Below, piece by piece: positions 52,857 through 63,193 of a stretch of 64,000 bases of DNA; the first letter of the stretch is position 1; each line of letters begins with the position of its first letter. Both the position numbers and the translations under genes were made by a program. The stretch spans positions 5,015-69,014 of the forward strand of contig CAYYOV010000007.1 of NCBI GenBank assembly GCA_964473365.1. Direction: 5' to 3'. Origin of the DNA: an uncultured Ignavibacteriaceae bacterium. Its GTDB lineage: Bacteria > Bacteroidota > Ignavibacteria > UBA10030. Below the pieces are notes generated by a model that saw only the letters and a program-made list of their open reading frames with translations, was not told the DNA's origin and ran no database searches.

Positions 52857-54620
52857 TCAGTCGACCCGCTCCGCTCCCAAGTCGCGCTGTAACGCAGCGA
52901 TCAACGGGTCCCCGTCGGACGGTGTTGGCGTTTCCAACGCAGTCGTCGTGATGACGCTCTTACGCTCATTCTCGATTGTCGGCGTGTACGTGATAGCGCT
53001 CTGCCGTGTTTCCGTGCGCATGACCGGTTCTACGGCGACCCGCACGCCGATCACGCGAAGCACCGTCTCCGAGAGATAGTCTTTTTGCTGACGTAGCGTC
53101 GTGTAGTGATACTCATCGCGGCAGCCGATTCGGATGGCGCCATTCTGGACGTCGATGAATTCGCTTTCACTCAACGTGGTTCCGATCGCGATCCTCTTCT
53201 TCAACACCTCCCCCACCACTTCTTGCCACCTGTCGGCGATTTCCGAGCGCATCGCGGCCGTCAGTCCTGCCGACGTCTGCGGAGCTGTCGCAGATTGCGA
53301 CGGCGGCGGCGATTCGTCTGATGGACGACTGAGTGCCGGCTTTCCGAAGAACGCTGAGTATTTCATCGCCGCGGGACTGGCCATCGGGCCTGCGCTGACC
53401 GATCCGATCACCCGCACTTCGTTGGACGGTGCCACGGGTGAGGCTGACGCTCCCGGGTTGACGGGCGGCGGTGATTGCTTCAATTGGTGTTTCAGGTCCT
53501 CAAGCCGCTTCAAGAGATCGTCAACCTTGACTGCCGATTCGAGCCGGGCCAGCTGCAGCATCGTCGATTCCAACTTGTACCGGGGTTGGGGTGCGAACCG
53601 GAGCGTTTGTTCGAGCTCGTGCACGATCTTGAGGATCCGGAGGAGGTCGGCCTCTGGAAATGTCGCCGATTCTTCCTCGTAGCGCTTCTTGTATGACGAT
53701 GACATCTCGATCAGATCGGTGCTCCGGCTCGCCAGGACGATCAGCAGGTGCCGAAAATGTTCTGCGAGCCCGCCGACGAACTCGCGCAGGTCGTAACCCG
53801 ATCGGACCACTTCGTCCACGAGGGCGATCGCAGCGGCAGCGTCCTTCGACCGGATGACGGCCGAACATCGAAAATAGAGCTCTTGGTCGACCACATTCAG
53901 CGCCGTCAGGACGTCTTTCGTGCTGATGGCTGCTCCGCAGAACGCGCGAACCTGGTCGAAGATGCTCTGCGCATCGCGCATCGAACCGTCGCCCTTGCGG
54001 GCGATGACGTTGAGCGCGTCTTCGTCGATCTGTACCTGTTCCTCGCCAGCAATGAAGCGCAGGCGGTCAACGATCTCGTCCGTTGCGATACGACGGAAGT
54101 CGAATCTCTGGCACCGGGACAGGATCGTCATCGGTACCTTGTGGATCTCGGTGGTGGCGAAGACGAAGATCACGTGCGACGGCGGCTCTTCGAGCGTTTT
54201 CAGGAGGGCGTTGAAGGCCTCCTTCGTCAGCATGTGCACTTCGTCGATGATGTAGACCTTGTACCGTCCCCGCGCTGGTGCATAGCGGACCGATTCGCGG
54301 AGATTGCGGATCTCCTCCACGCCGCGGTTCGAAGCACCGTCGATCTCGATGACGTCCATGCTCCTGCCCGCCACGATCTCCTGGCACACCTCACAGGTGT
54401 TGTCGGGGTTGTGGTCGACGGGATGCAGGCAGTTGACGGCCTTGGCAAGAATTCGCGCGGTCGTGGTCTTGCCGGACCCGCGCGTACCGCTGAAGATATA
54501 GGCATGCGCGACCCGCCCGGAGGAGAGCGCGTTCTTCAGTGTGGCGGTAACGTGACGCTGGCCGACGACATCCTCAAACACCATCGGCCGCCACTTGCGG
54601 GCGGTGACCTGGAAGCTCAT
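52857..54620 (-). CDS. dnaX: DNA polymerase III subunit gamma/tau
   Basis: VVGQRHV...AYIFSGTRGSGKTTTARILAK Walker A, the zinc-module CEVC motif and the DEVHML box. The C-terminal tau region is Pro/Ala/Ser-rich. Confidence 0.9.
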   Translation of the reverse strand: MSFQVTARKWRPMVFEDVVGQRHVTATLKNALSSGRVAHAYIFSGTRGSGKTTTARILAKAVNCLHPVDHNPDNTCEVCQEIVAGRSMDVIEIDGASNRGVEEIRNLRESVRYAPARGRYKVYIIDEVHMLTKEAFNALLKTLEEPPSHVIFVFATTEIHKVPMTILSRCQRFDFRRIATDEIVDRLRFIAGEEQVQIDEDALNVIARKGDGSMRDAQSIFDQVRAFCGAAISTKDVLTALNVVDQELYFRCSAVIRSKDAAAAIALVDEVVRSGYDLREFVGGLAEHFRHLLIVLASRSTDLIEMSSSYKKRYEEESATFPEADLLRILKIVHELEQTLRFAPQPRYKLESTMLQLARLESAVKVDDLLKRLEDLKHQLKQSPPPVNPGASASPVAPSNEVRVIGSVSAGPMASPAAMKYSAFFGKPALSRPSDESPPPSQSATAPQTSAGLTAAMRSEIADRWQEVVGEVLKKRIAIGTTLSESEFIDVQNGAIRIGCRDEYHYTTLRQQKDYLSETVLRVIGVRVAVEPVMRTETRQSAITYTPTIENERKSVITTTALETPTPSDGDPLIAALQRDLGAERVD

Positions 54621-54660
54621 GGGGGTGGTATGGTACGAAGGAAACGGGTGAAAGGAAATC

Positions 54661-57084
54661 TCAGCGACGCCGACCCTTCGGGCCGAAGACGTGCCGGGCC
54701 GCTTCGCTGATCGTGTCGACCGGAATGATCGTCAATCCCTCTTTGACCTTCGCCGGGATCTCGGTCAAATCCTTCACGTTCTCTTTTGGAATAAGGACGG
54801 TCGCGATACCGCTGCGCTGAGCGGCGAGCAATTTTTCGTTCAGCCCGCCGATGGCCAGCACGTTGCCGCGCAGCGTGATCTCCCCTGTCATGGCCACATC
54901 GCTCCGAGCCGGAACGCCTCGGGCAGCGGAAAGGATGGCGATCGCCATCGTAACGCCGGCCGACGGTCCGTCCTTCGGGATCGCTCCCTCGGGAAGATGG
55001 ATGTGGATCTCGCGCCCCTTCTGGAAATCAGGTGCAATCCCGAGCTCTTTCGCGTTCGAGCGGATGTACGAAAGGGCGGCCTGAGCCGATTCCTTCATGA
55101 CATCGCCCAACTGCCCTGTCAGGGTTAACCGCTCGGTCCCGCGCATGATCGTGACGTCTACATTCAAGATGTCTCCGCCCACGCTGGTCCACGCCAGACC
55201 CGTCACCGATCCGATCCGTGGCTTACGCTCGGCGGCCTTCGTCCGGAAGCGGGGCACGCCAAGATACCGCTCGACAGATTCGGGGGTAACGTTGATGCCC
55301 TTCGGCGCTACCGCGCGTTTCTTTGCCTTCGCACCGCGAGGCGTATGACCATTCCCACGCTTCGCCAGCACAATGTCTTTGGCAACCTTCCGACAGATGG
55401 AAGCTGTTTCGCGCTCAAGGTTGCGCACGCCAGATTCCCGCGTGTAATCCCGGACGACCTTGAGGATCGCTTCGTCGCTGAAGGTCACCGCGGCCTTCTG
55501 TAGTCCGTGGGCTTCAAGCTGTCTGGGGATGATGTGCCGACGGGCGATCTCCTTCTTTTCGTGCTCCAGATATCCGGGAAGCTCGATGATCTCCATCCGA
55601 TCCTGCAACGGCAGCGGAATGCTGTAACGCACGTTCGCCGTTGTGATGAACATGACCTTCGACAGGTCGTAGTCCACCTCGAGATAGTGGTCGTTGAACG
55701 CCACATTCTGTTCCGGGTCGAGCACTTCGAGCAGGGCGGCCGACGGGTCGCCCCGGAAATCCATGCTCATCTTGTCGACCTCATCCATCAGCATGACCGG
55801 ATTGATGGACCCTGCTCGCTTCATCGATTGGATGATCTTGCCCGGCATTGAGCCGATGTATGTGCGTCGGTGGCCGCGGATCTCCGCCTCGTCCCGAACG
55901 CCTCCCAGCGAGATGCGCACAAACTTGCGACCGAGCCCGCGGGCGATAGATCGCGCCAGCGACGTCTTGCCGACGCCCGGCGGGCCGACGAAACACAGGA
56001 TCTGCCCCTTCATGTCCTTGACCAGGTTCAGAACGGCAATATGCTCCAGGATCCGGTCCTTCGGCTTTTCGAGACCGTAGTGGTCTTCGTCGAGGATCGT
56101 TCGTACGTGTTCGACGTCGAGCTGATCCTTCGTCCGCGTCTTCCATGGCACGGCGACCATCCAGTCGAGATAGTTCCGCGTCACGGTGAATTCGGGCGAC
56201 ATCGACGGGGTCTTCTTGAGTTTGTTGAACTCCTCCATCGCCTTGGCAAGCGCCTCGGCTGGCATTCCCGCCTTGTCGATCTGTTCCTTCAGTTTCGCCA
56301 GCTCTGGCGATGATTCGTCCTCGCCGAGCTCGTCTTGCAGGATCCGGATCTGTTCCTGGATGAAGAACTTTCGTTGCGACTTCTGAATGTTATCCTGCAC
56401 CTTTGAGTCGATGTCCCGCTCGATCTTGAGGATCTCCACCTCTGTCGTGAGGGTCTTGGAGATCTCGAACAACTGGTCCCGAAGCCGGGTCAGATCGAGG
56501 ATGCGCTGCTTGACGTCGACGCTCTGGGTGATGTTCGCCGCCATATAGAACATCTTCCGCTGCGGGTCCCGGATCCCTTCGAAGGTCATCAGCACCTCAC
56601 CCGGGATGTTGCGGTTCAGGCGTACGTACTCTGTAAAGAGCGTCGTTGTATGGCGTACGAGCGCCTCGATTTCTTTGTCTGCCGGGAGCTCGGTCGTATT
56701 GATGACGATCTCCGCTTCCAGGAACTCTTTCCGGTCGGTGAACGAACGGATGGAGGCTTGTACGTGGCCGTCGACCAGGATCTTCATGAGGCCGTTCGGC
56801 AGGCGCAACATCTGGACGATCTTCGCGACACAGCCGTTGCGGTAGACGTCGTCAGGACCCGGTTCGTCGACTGACGCGTTCTTCTGGGCTGCCAGGAAGA
56901 TGTTCTTGCCGCGTTCCATGGCTGCAGCCGCCGCCTTCAGCGACGATTCCCGCCCGACGAGGACGGGGAAGATCATGTACGGGTAGATCACAACGTCGCG
57001 CAGGGGCAGAACCGGCAGCGTCGTCGGGATCTGGTCGATGGTCTCAACGTGTTGTGGCGATATCTGGGGGTCGAGTTCGGTCAT
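54661..57084 (-). CDS. lon: ATP-dependent Lon protease
   Basis: Lon N-terminal domain, AAA+ GPPGVGKTS, and protease-domain catalytic Ser in [14 protein letters not shown] with Lys downstream. 807 aa. Confidence 0.95.
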   Translation of the reverse strand: MTELDPQISPQHVETIDQIPTTLPVLPLRDVVIYPYMIFPVLVGRESSLKAAAAAMERGKNIFLAAQKNASVDEPGPDDVYRNGCVAKIVQMLRLPNGLMKILVDGHVQASIRSFTDRKEFLEAEIVINTTELPADKEIEALVRHTTTLFTEYVRLNRNIPGEVLMTFEGIRDPQRKMFYMAANITQSVDVKQRILDLTRLRDQLFEISKTLTTEVEILKIERDIDSKVQDNIQKSQRKFFIQEQIRILQDELGEDESSPELAKLKEQIDKAGMPAEALAKAMEEFNKLKKTPSMSPEFTVTRNYLDWMVAVPWKTRTKDQLDVEHVRTILDEDHYGLEKPKDRILEHIAVLNLVKDMKGQILCFVGPPGVGKTSLARSIARGLGRKFVRISLGGVRDEAEIRGHRRTYIGSMPGKIIQSMKRAGSINPVMLMDEVDKMSMDFRGDPSAALLEVLDPEQNVAFNDHYLEVDYDLSKVMFITTANVRYSIPLPLQDRMEIIELPGYLEHEKKEIARRHIIPRQLEAHGLQKAAVTFSDEAILKVVRDYTRESGVRNLERETASICRKVAKDIVLAKRGNGHTPRGAKAKKRAVAPKGINVTPESVERYLGVPRFRTKAAERKPRIGSVTGLAWTSVGGDILNVDVTIMRGTERLTLTGQLGDVMKESAQAALSYIRSNAKELGIAPDFQKGREIHIHLPEGAIPKDGPSAGVTMAIAILSAARGVPARSDVAMTGEITLRGNVLAIGGLNEKLLAAQRSGIATVLIPKENVKDLTEIPAKVKEGLTIIPVDTISEAARHVFGPKGRRR

Positions 57085-57119
57085 GGTCTGCCGCGCAGGT
57101 TTGCGCGGGCCGGGAGTAG

Positions 57120-57147
57120 AATGAAAAACCGTCCGACGATCGGACGG
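57120..57147 (-). terminator. Hairpin plus U-tract on the minus strand, ~40 nt upstream of the lon start codon. It is a terminator for the DUF2461 gene or an attenuator/5'-UTR structure of lon.
   Basis: Plus strand reads aaaaa-ccgtccga-cga-tcggacgg. On the minus strand this is an 8-bp stem followed by TTTTT. An AT-rich stretch (57185-57230) lies further upstream. Confidence 0.45.
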
Positions 57148-57252
57148 TGGTGGTGGCTCTCAAGATAGCCACGAATGACCGGAGGTGCAACGGTTGCCGT
57201 GACTTTATTTTGAATTTAAAATATTATCTCTTCATGCTCGGCGATGCGGGCA

Positions 57253-57963
57253 TTACGCCCGCAACGCGTCGTTCAGGAACCGCACCAGCGGCGTTGCTGC
57301 TTCGCACACGGCGGCGATATCCTTCACGAAGGACGGCCGCAGCGCTTTTGCTTCGGGCATCGACACACCCGCGAAGAACTGCTTCAACCTCAACCATTCC
57401 CCCATCGGATGATCGTCGCTGTACCCTTTTGGCATGCGTTGGAGCGAGTTCCCTTCGAGCTTTCCGAATCGGCGGCGGAAGGCGGGAGATGAAATGATCG
57501 CGCGGAACGAATCGGGGTGACGATCGATCGCTGCGCGGATCTTCTTCAACTGATCGCTCTCGGGCATATAGATGCCGGCACCCACGTACGCTTCGCCCGG
57601 CTCGACGTGCAGATAGTATCCAGATCCCAGGAATCCTTTCGGTGCACCCCGCAGAACGAAGTGAGCCGCGATGTGTGTCTTGTATGGGGTCTTGTCGTTG
57701 CTGAACCGCGTGTCGCGATAGATGCGAAAGATCGCCGTGCGCGGATTCAGATCGTACTCGGGAGCGAAGCGCTCAACATGCGGACGGAGGGATGCGATCA
57801 GCGATTGCATGGGCGCCTTGACGAACTCTTCGTATTCGCCCTTGTGCGTCGTGAACCAGTCGCGGCGGTTGTTCCTTTTCAGGCGCCGGAGAAAACTCAG
57901 TCCCTCCTTCGGAAAGCCGTTGAAGGGCGGATATTCTTCCAGCTCCAGGAGGGGGTTGTTCAC
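57253..57963 (-). CDS. DUF2461 (TIGR02453) family protein
   Basis: FLRRLKRNNRRDWF...RIYRDTRFSNDKTPYK matches the conserved core of this family. 236 aa. Confidence 0.7.
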   Translation of the reverse strand: MNNPLLELEEYPPFNGFPKEGLSFLRRLKRNNRRDWFTTHKGEYEEFVKAPMQSLIASLRPHVERFAPEYDLNPRTAIFRIYRDTRFSNDKTPYKTHIAAHFVLRGAPKGFLGSGYYLHVEPGEAYVGAGIYMPESDQLKKIRAAIDRHPDSFRAIISSPAFRRRFGKLEGNSLQRMPKGYSDDHPMGEWLRLKQFFAGVSMPEAKALRPSFVKDIAAVCEAATPLVRFLNDALRA

Positions 57964-57965
57964 GC

Positions 57966-58931
57966 TTACTCCTTGACGATGTGATACTCGCTTCCTTCGA
58001 TCGCCGCTCGTACAAATCCCTCCGCCCGCTGAAGGCGCGCCGCTGCTTCAGAGCGCGTCACATTCGCCTTGATCATGACCAGGGCGGTCTTCACGTGTCC
58101 TCCGGCCTGATCGAGCACTTCCGCGGCGGTCTCGTACGGCACCCCTGTGATCGTCATGACAACGCGCTTGGCCCGCTCCTTCAATTTCAGGTTGGTCATC
58201 TGCAGGTCGATCATCATGTTCTCATAGACCTTGCCGAGACGGACCATCGCTGTCGTCGTGATCATGTTGAGCACCAGCTTTTGCGCTGTGCCCGACTTCA
58301 TGCGGGTCGAGCCCATGATGACTTCGGGTCCGACCTCCGGACAGATCGCGACGTCGAGGGCGTCGCGCAGTGCGTGGTACGGTTCCTCGTCGAATCGTGC
58401 CCGCGGGTTCGTCGTCACATACAGCGTATGCGCCCCGCGTTGCTTCGCTCGTTTGACCGCGCCAATCACGTACGGTGTGCGGAGACTTGCTGCAATTCCG
58501 CAGACGACGTCCTTTGGGCCCACCCCACGCGCGTCGATGTCGGCAGCGCCGAATTCTTCCTTGTCCTCCGCCCCCTCTTGCGCTCGGAACATCGCCTTTT
58601 CGCCCCCGGCGATCATGCCCTGCACGAGCTCCGGGTCAACGCCGTACGTCGGCGGACACTCGACCGCATCCAGCACCCCCAATCGTCCCGATGTGCCGGC
58701 GCCGGCGTAGAGCAGTCGTCCGCCTGAGGTGAATGCGCGGACGACCAGTTCAACGGCGCGCGCGATGTGCGGGATCTGTGTCTCTACCGCGACCGCGATC
58801 CTCTGGTCTTCGGTATTGATGATCCTCAGGATCTCGTCCGTCGACCTGGCGTCAATGTCCATGCTTGACGGGTTCCGCTGTTCGGTCGTCAGCGTCTTCA
58901 GTTGTTCAAACAATTTTTTGGGATCGTTCAC
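57966..58931 (-). CDS. murQ: N-acetylmuramic acid 6-phosphate etherase
   Basis: SIS domain with GAGTSGRLG, and the family-specific GSTRMKSGTAQK and C-terminal UBA-like region. Confidence 0.85.
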   Translation of the reverse strand: MNDPKKLFEQLKTLTTEQRNPSSMDIDARSTDEILRIINTEDQRIAVAVETQIPHIARAVELVVRAFTSGGRLLYAGAGTSGRLGVLDAVECPPTYGVDPELVQGMIAGGEKAMFRAQEGAEDKEEFGAADIDARGVGPKDVVCGIAASLRTPYVIGAVKRAKQRGAHTLYVTTNPRARFDEEPYHALRDALDVAICPEVGPEVIMGSTRMKSGTAQKLVLNMITTTAMVRLGKVYENMMIDLQMTNLKLKERAKRVVMTITGVPYETAAEVLDQAGGHVKTALVMIKANVTRSEAAARLQRAEGFVRAAIEGSEYHIVKE

Positions 58932-59656
58932 GGGGTTGCTCTTGGTGGGCGTAGGTCAAAATCGACAATGACGATCTTTTTATCCACTCCGGGGATCTGC
59001 TCGGCGCCGACGAACGTCAACGCCGACTCATGGATCGAACGCACCTCGGGAAGCCGCTCTGCTTGACTGCGTTCGAGCGCGAGGTCGCCTCCTTTCAATG
59101 TGATGAGCCTCGCGTGTGGGGGACGAAGGAACGGTTTCGACCACTTTACGAGATCGCGCAATGGTGCCACGGCACGTGCGAGCACGATGTCGTACGCGCC
59201 GTTGAACCATTTGTCTTTTCCCAGGTCCTCGGCTCGTCCCCAGGCGGTCGCACAGTCCTTCAGCGACAATTTCCTTGCGATGTCGGCCACGGCGTCCATT
59301 TTCTTTCGGGTGGCATCGAGACAGGTCATATCCAGGTCCGGCCGCAGAATCTTGACCACAAGCCCTGGCAGTCCGCCTCCAGATCCGAGATCCAGGACTT
59401 TGGCGCGTTCGGGGATGTCGGACTGGATCAATATGGCTGCAGAGTGAAGAATGTGTGCCCGCCAGATGTTCGCTTCGTCCTTGCGGGAAACAAGGTTGAT
59501 CTTAGCGTTCCATTCAAGCAGGAGGTGCACAAACCGCTCGAGTTGGTCGAGTTGTCCGTCCGTCGGTCGAAGGTTGTTCTTGGCAAGCTGTGTTCTGAGC
59601 CATAGAACGGGGGCCGTTTCCGGGACTTGGGCGGGGCCTGACGATTCGGGTTCCAC
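58928..59656 (-). CDS. rsmG: 16S rRNA (guanine527-N7)-methyltransferase RsmG (GidB)
   Basis: SAM-binding LDLGSGGGLPGL and an overall ~240-aa GidB layout. The stop overlaps the murQ start (ATGA). Confidence 0.8.
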   Translation of the reverse strand: MEPESSGPAQVPETAPVLWLRTQLAKNNLRPTDGQLDQLERFVHLLLEWNAKINLVSRKDEANIWRAHILHSAAILIQSDIPERAKVLDLGSGGGLPGLVVKILRPDLDMTCLDATRKKMDAVADIARKLSLKDCATAWGRAEDLGKDKWFNGAYDIVLARAVAPLRDLVKWSKPFLRPPHARLITLKGGDLALERSQAERLPEVRSIHESALTFVGAEQIPGVDKKIVIVDFDLRPPRATP

Positions 59657-59663
59657 GTGAAAC

Positions 59664-61613
59664 CTAGCCTTTCAAGTACACAAGCAAGACAGAGATGTCG
59701 GAGGAGGTGACGCCCGAGATGCGTGAGGCCTGACCTATCGATTCCGGCCTCATGCGAGACAACTTCTCTCTTCCCTCCGTGGAAAGCGATGGAACGCTGT
59801 GATAGTCCAACTCTGCGGGGATAAGCCGCTCCTCGAAGGCATCAAACCGTTGGATCTGCTCTTTCTGTCTGGTGACATAGCCCTCGTATTTCGTCTCAAT
59901 ATCCACCTGCTCCACAACCTCCCTCCACACGCCCTCATCCAGACCGTTCCTGACCCTGGCCAGCCCCTCCAGGCCCTCAATTTCTGGAATGGCCAGAACT
60001 TCCAGAAGGCCAACTTCCGACCTGCGAAGCAGCCGTGCAATCTTCTCAGGAGAACCAATGGGCTCGGTTCCCAAGGTCGAAAGGTGGTGATTGATTGTCC
60101 CCGGAGCAACGCTTGTTTTGGCCAGGAGTTCGGCGAGCTTCCGAATGGCCTCCTCTTTGACGTCCAGCCTCTTGATTGCACCCTGGTCAACCAAACCAAT
60201 CCTTGCTCCCATACGCGAGAGCCGTCTGTCGGCATTGTCTTGACGAAGGAGGAGCCGATATTCGGCCCTGGAAGTGAACATTCGATATGGCTCTTCTGTG
60301 CTCTTTGTTACAAGATCGTCCACCATGACACCCAAATAGCCGTCCGAACGTTTCACGTGGAACGTGTCCCCGTCCCCCCGGGCACGCAATGCTGCGTTGA
60401 TCCCTGCTATCAAGCCCTGTCCAGCCGCCTCCTCGTAGCCCGACGTTCCGTTTATTTGCCCTGCAAAGAACAAACCCTGCACAATCTTGGTCTCGAGAGA
60501 TGCGGAGACTTGGTGAGGCGGAAAGAAATCATATTCGACCGCATATCCCGGCCTCAACATTTGAGCCCGCTCCATTCCTGGGATCGTTCTGAGGCCCTCA
60601 AGCTGGATGTCTTCCGGCAGGCTCGTCGAAAAGCCATTCACATAGACAATGTTCGTCTCGTACCCTTCGGGCTCCAGGTATATCTGGTGTCGATCTTTGT
60701 CCGCAAACCGATTGATCTTGTCTTCGATCGAAGGGCAGTATCTCGGTCCAACCCCCCTGATCCGGCCTGTGAACATCGGGGATCGATCAAAACCCCGCCG
60801 GAGCACTTCGTGTGTTGCCTTGTTCGTGTGCGTCAAATACATCGGGATGAGGCGATTTGCGATCTTCTTCGTGGAGAACGACATGGGCCGCGGTGGGTGG
60901 TCCGACGGCTGCTCCTCGACAGACGAAAGGTCGAGGGAGTCTAGTGCAACGCGGGGTGGCGTGCCCGTCTTCAGTCGTCCGCTCACAAATCCGAGGGCCT
61001 CGAGCCGCTCGGTAAGACCATACGACGCCGACTCCCCAAACCTCCCTCCCTCGTTGTGATCCAGGCCGGTATGCATGACCGCCCGCATGAAGGTGCCAGA
61101 GCCGAGCACGAATGACTCGCAGGATATTCGCCTTCCCTTGGCCGTGACGACCCCCACAAGAGACCTGGAAAATGGTCTCGTCCCCTGCTCGGTGATCACG
61201 TCGACCACAGAGTCTTCGAGGATTTCAACCCCATGCTGTGCGTCCAGTCGTCTTCCGGCCTCGGCCGAGTACTGATCCCGATCGTTTTGACATCTTGGAG
61301 ACCAGACAGCCGGTCCCTTCGACGTGTTGAGCATTCGAAAATGAATGCCGGTGGCATCCGCAATCTTTGCCATCTCTCCCCCCAGGGCATCTATCTCCCT
61401 GACGAGGTGCCCTTTGGCGGTCCCTCCAATGGCGGGATTGCAGGACATCCTTCCAACGGCCCTCCGGTCCATGGTAACAACCAAGACGGAGGCCCCCATT
61501 CTGGAGGCCGCAAGGGCTGCTTCGAGGCCGGCGTGTCCAGCGCCCCCGACAACCACATCGTATCCACTCTCCTTCAAGATTGTCCCCATGTTCCACGTGG
61601 AACGTATTGTCAC
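59664..61613 (-). CDS. mnmG: tRNA uridine-5-carboxymethylaminomethyl modification enzyme MnmG (GidA)
   Basis: FAD motif [23 protein letters not shown], then [11 protein letters not shown] and the C-terminal helical domain. 649 aa. An alternative ATG sits 24 nt inside the ORF. Confidence 0.95.
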   Translation of the reverse strand: MTIRSTWNMGTILKESGYDVVVGGAGHAGLEAALAASRMGASVLVVTMDRRAVGRMSCNPAIGGTAKGHLVREIDALGGEMAKIADATGIHFRMLNTSKGPAVWSPRCQNDRDQYSAEAGRRLDAQHGVEILEDSVVDVITEQGTRPFSRSLVGVVTAKGRRISCESFVLGSGTFMRAVMHTGLDHNEGGRFGESASYGLTERLEALGFVSGRLKTGTPPRVALDSLDLSSVEEQPSDHPPRPMSFSTKKIANRLIPMYLTHTNKATHEVLRRGFDRSPMFTGRIRGVGPRYCPSIEDKINRFADKDRHQIYLEPEGYETNIVYVNGFSTSLPEDIQLEGLRTIPGMERAQMLRPGYAVEYDFFPPHQVSASLETKIVQGLFFAGQINGTSGYEEAAGQGLIAGINAALRARGDGDTFHVKRSDGYLGVMVDDLVTKSTEEPYRMFTSRAEYRLLLRQDNADRRLSRMGARIGLVDQGAIKRLDVKEEAIRKLAELLAKTSVAPGTINHHLSTLGTEPIGSPEKIARLLRRSEVGLLEVLAIPEIEGLEGLARVRNGLDEGVWREVVEQVDIETKYEGYVTRQKEQIQRFDAFEERLIPAELDYHSVPSLSTEGREKLSRMRPESIGQASRISGVTSSDISVLLVYLKG

Positions 61614-62986
61614 TTCCCGATGCAGAATCTACTGAAAACCGAATTCATGATGTCATCTGTGGTGATCTCACCGGTCAGCTCGCCCAACGAATTCAGGGCG
61701 TCTCGGAGGTCCACGGCGAGATATTCTCCCGTCTTTCCCTCGCTAAACGAACCTATCGCCAACCTTAACGACCTCCTTGCCCGGAGGAGAACATCAAGAT
61801 GGCGGGCATTTGTGATGGTCGTCCCCTCGCGGGTCTCTCGCTCTCCCTTCCCCAGGGCAATGGCTAACATCGCCTCTTCCAACGCCTGAATTCCCTCTCC
61901 CGTTCTGGCTGAGATCCTGAGAGAGCCCCCTTGGGTCTGTGTGACTTCTTGCTTTGGGTGCGCCGGCGTCACCACGTCGATCTTGTTGAGGGCGAGAATG
62001 AGATGAGAGCTTCCGATCGATTCCACGGCTTCTGGCGTGGGCAACACGGGATCGAGCAGGTCAACTACCCATATGACGACATCCGATGTGCGAAGTTGTT
62101 CATGTGCTCTCTCTACCCCCTGCAACTCGACGGGGTCGGCCGTTACGCGGAGGCCGGCCGTGTCAACCACCCGAAACAAGACCCCGCCGATTGATAATCC
62201 TTCTTCAATAACGTCTCGCGTCGTCCCAGGTACATCTGTTACGATTGCCCGGCTTGCTTTCAGGAGTGCGTTGAGGAGGCTTGACTTCCCGGCGTTCGGG
62301 GCCCCTGTGAGCACCAGCTTGACGCCGTCCCGGTAGACCCTTCCGACCCGGTAGCTTTCCGTCAGACGCGTGAGCAACGCATCGGCTCCGCCCAAGAGTT
62401 CTCCAACCTTCGCTCGGTCAAGAAACTCGTAGCCGTCTTCCGCAAAGTCGAGCTCCAACTCAAGAAGGCCGACGGCATCCATGACCGATTGGCGCACGAC
62501 CCGTATCTCAGAAGACAGCCGACCCGCAAGTTGTTCCAGGGATGCTTTTCGGGCCGCGTCCGATCGCGCGTGGATCAGGTCGGCCACGGCCTCCGCCTGC
62601 GTCAGGTCCATCTTGTTGTTCAGGAAGGCGCGCTTCGTGAATTCACCCGGCTGAGCCATCCTCGCGCCAGCTTCGATCAGGATCTCCTGGGCCCGACGAG
62701 CCGTCAGCGCGCCACCGTGACAACTCACCTCCACGACGTCCTCGCCGGTGTATGAGTGTGGAGACCGAAAGACTGTGCAGACCACTTGGTCCGCACGATC
62801 GCCGACGGCGTCGCACAACATTCCAACGTGCGCGGTATGCGATGTGGCTGATGAGAGCGGAGCAGACGCGCGAAATCGTCGATCGACGATCTGGATGGCT
62901 TCTGGACCGCTGACGCGAAGAATGGCCAGTCCGCCTTCCCCGGGGGGAGTAGCGATCGCGACGATCGTGTCGATGGACAGCTTCAT
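61610..62986 (-). CDS. mnmE: tRNA modification GTPase MnmE (TrmE)
   Basis: N-terminal [23 protein letters not shown]-domain [14 protein letters not shown] and C-terminal CIGK. I chose the ATG at 62986 because the longer ORF (to 63139) adds an Arg-rich N-terminus and overruns the terminator hairpin. Confidence 0.9.
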   Translation of the reverse strand: MKLSIDTIVAIATPPGEGGLAILRVSGPEAIQIVDRRFRASAPLSSATSHTAHVGMLCDAVGDRADQVVCTVFRSPHSYTGEDVVEVSCHGGALTARRAQEILIEAGARMAQPGEFTKRAFLNNKMDLTQAEAVADLIHARSDAARKASLEQLAGRLSSEIRVVRQSVMDAVGLLELELDFAEDGYEFLDRAKVGELLGGADALLTRLTESYRVGRVYRDGVKLVLTGAPNAGKSSLLNALLKASRAIVTDVPGTTRDVIEEGLSIGGVLFRVVDTAGLRVTADPVELQGVERAHEQLRTSDVVIWVVDLLDPVLPTPEAVESIGSSHLILALNKIDVVTPAHPKQEVTQTQGGSLRISARTGEGIQALEEAMLAIALGKGERETREGTTITNARHLDVLLRARRSLRLAIGSFSEGKTGEYLAVDLRDALNSLGELTGEITTDDIMNSVFSRFCIGK

Positions 62987-63126
62987 GGGCTCGATGGTAA
63001 CGGAAGGGGAGTGAATGTACGAAAGGCGGGACCGTTTTCCAATGTGGTGGCCGCTGGAGTTTGGGTTGCGGCGCTCGTGCCGGATCCGCCGACGTGTGGT
63101 GCATCGTGCTCGAGCGCTGTTAGTGG

Positions 63127-63170
63127 CGCTACAAAACACGAAGCCCCGCGCGGGGGTCGCGCGGGGCTTT
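63127..63170 (-). terminator. Rho-independent terminator between yidC and mnmE on the minus strand
   Basis: aagccccgcgcg-ggggt-cgcgcggggctt is a 12-bp GC stem, with a T-rich stretch (gtgttttgt) following on the minus strand. Confidence 0.65.
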
Positions 63171-63193
63171 GCGGGAATCGATGCTGCGATCGT

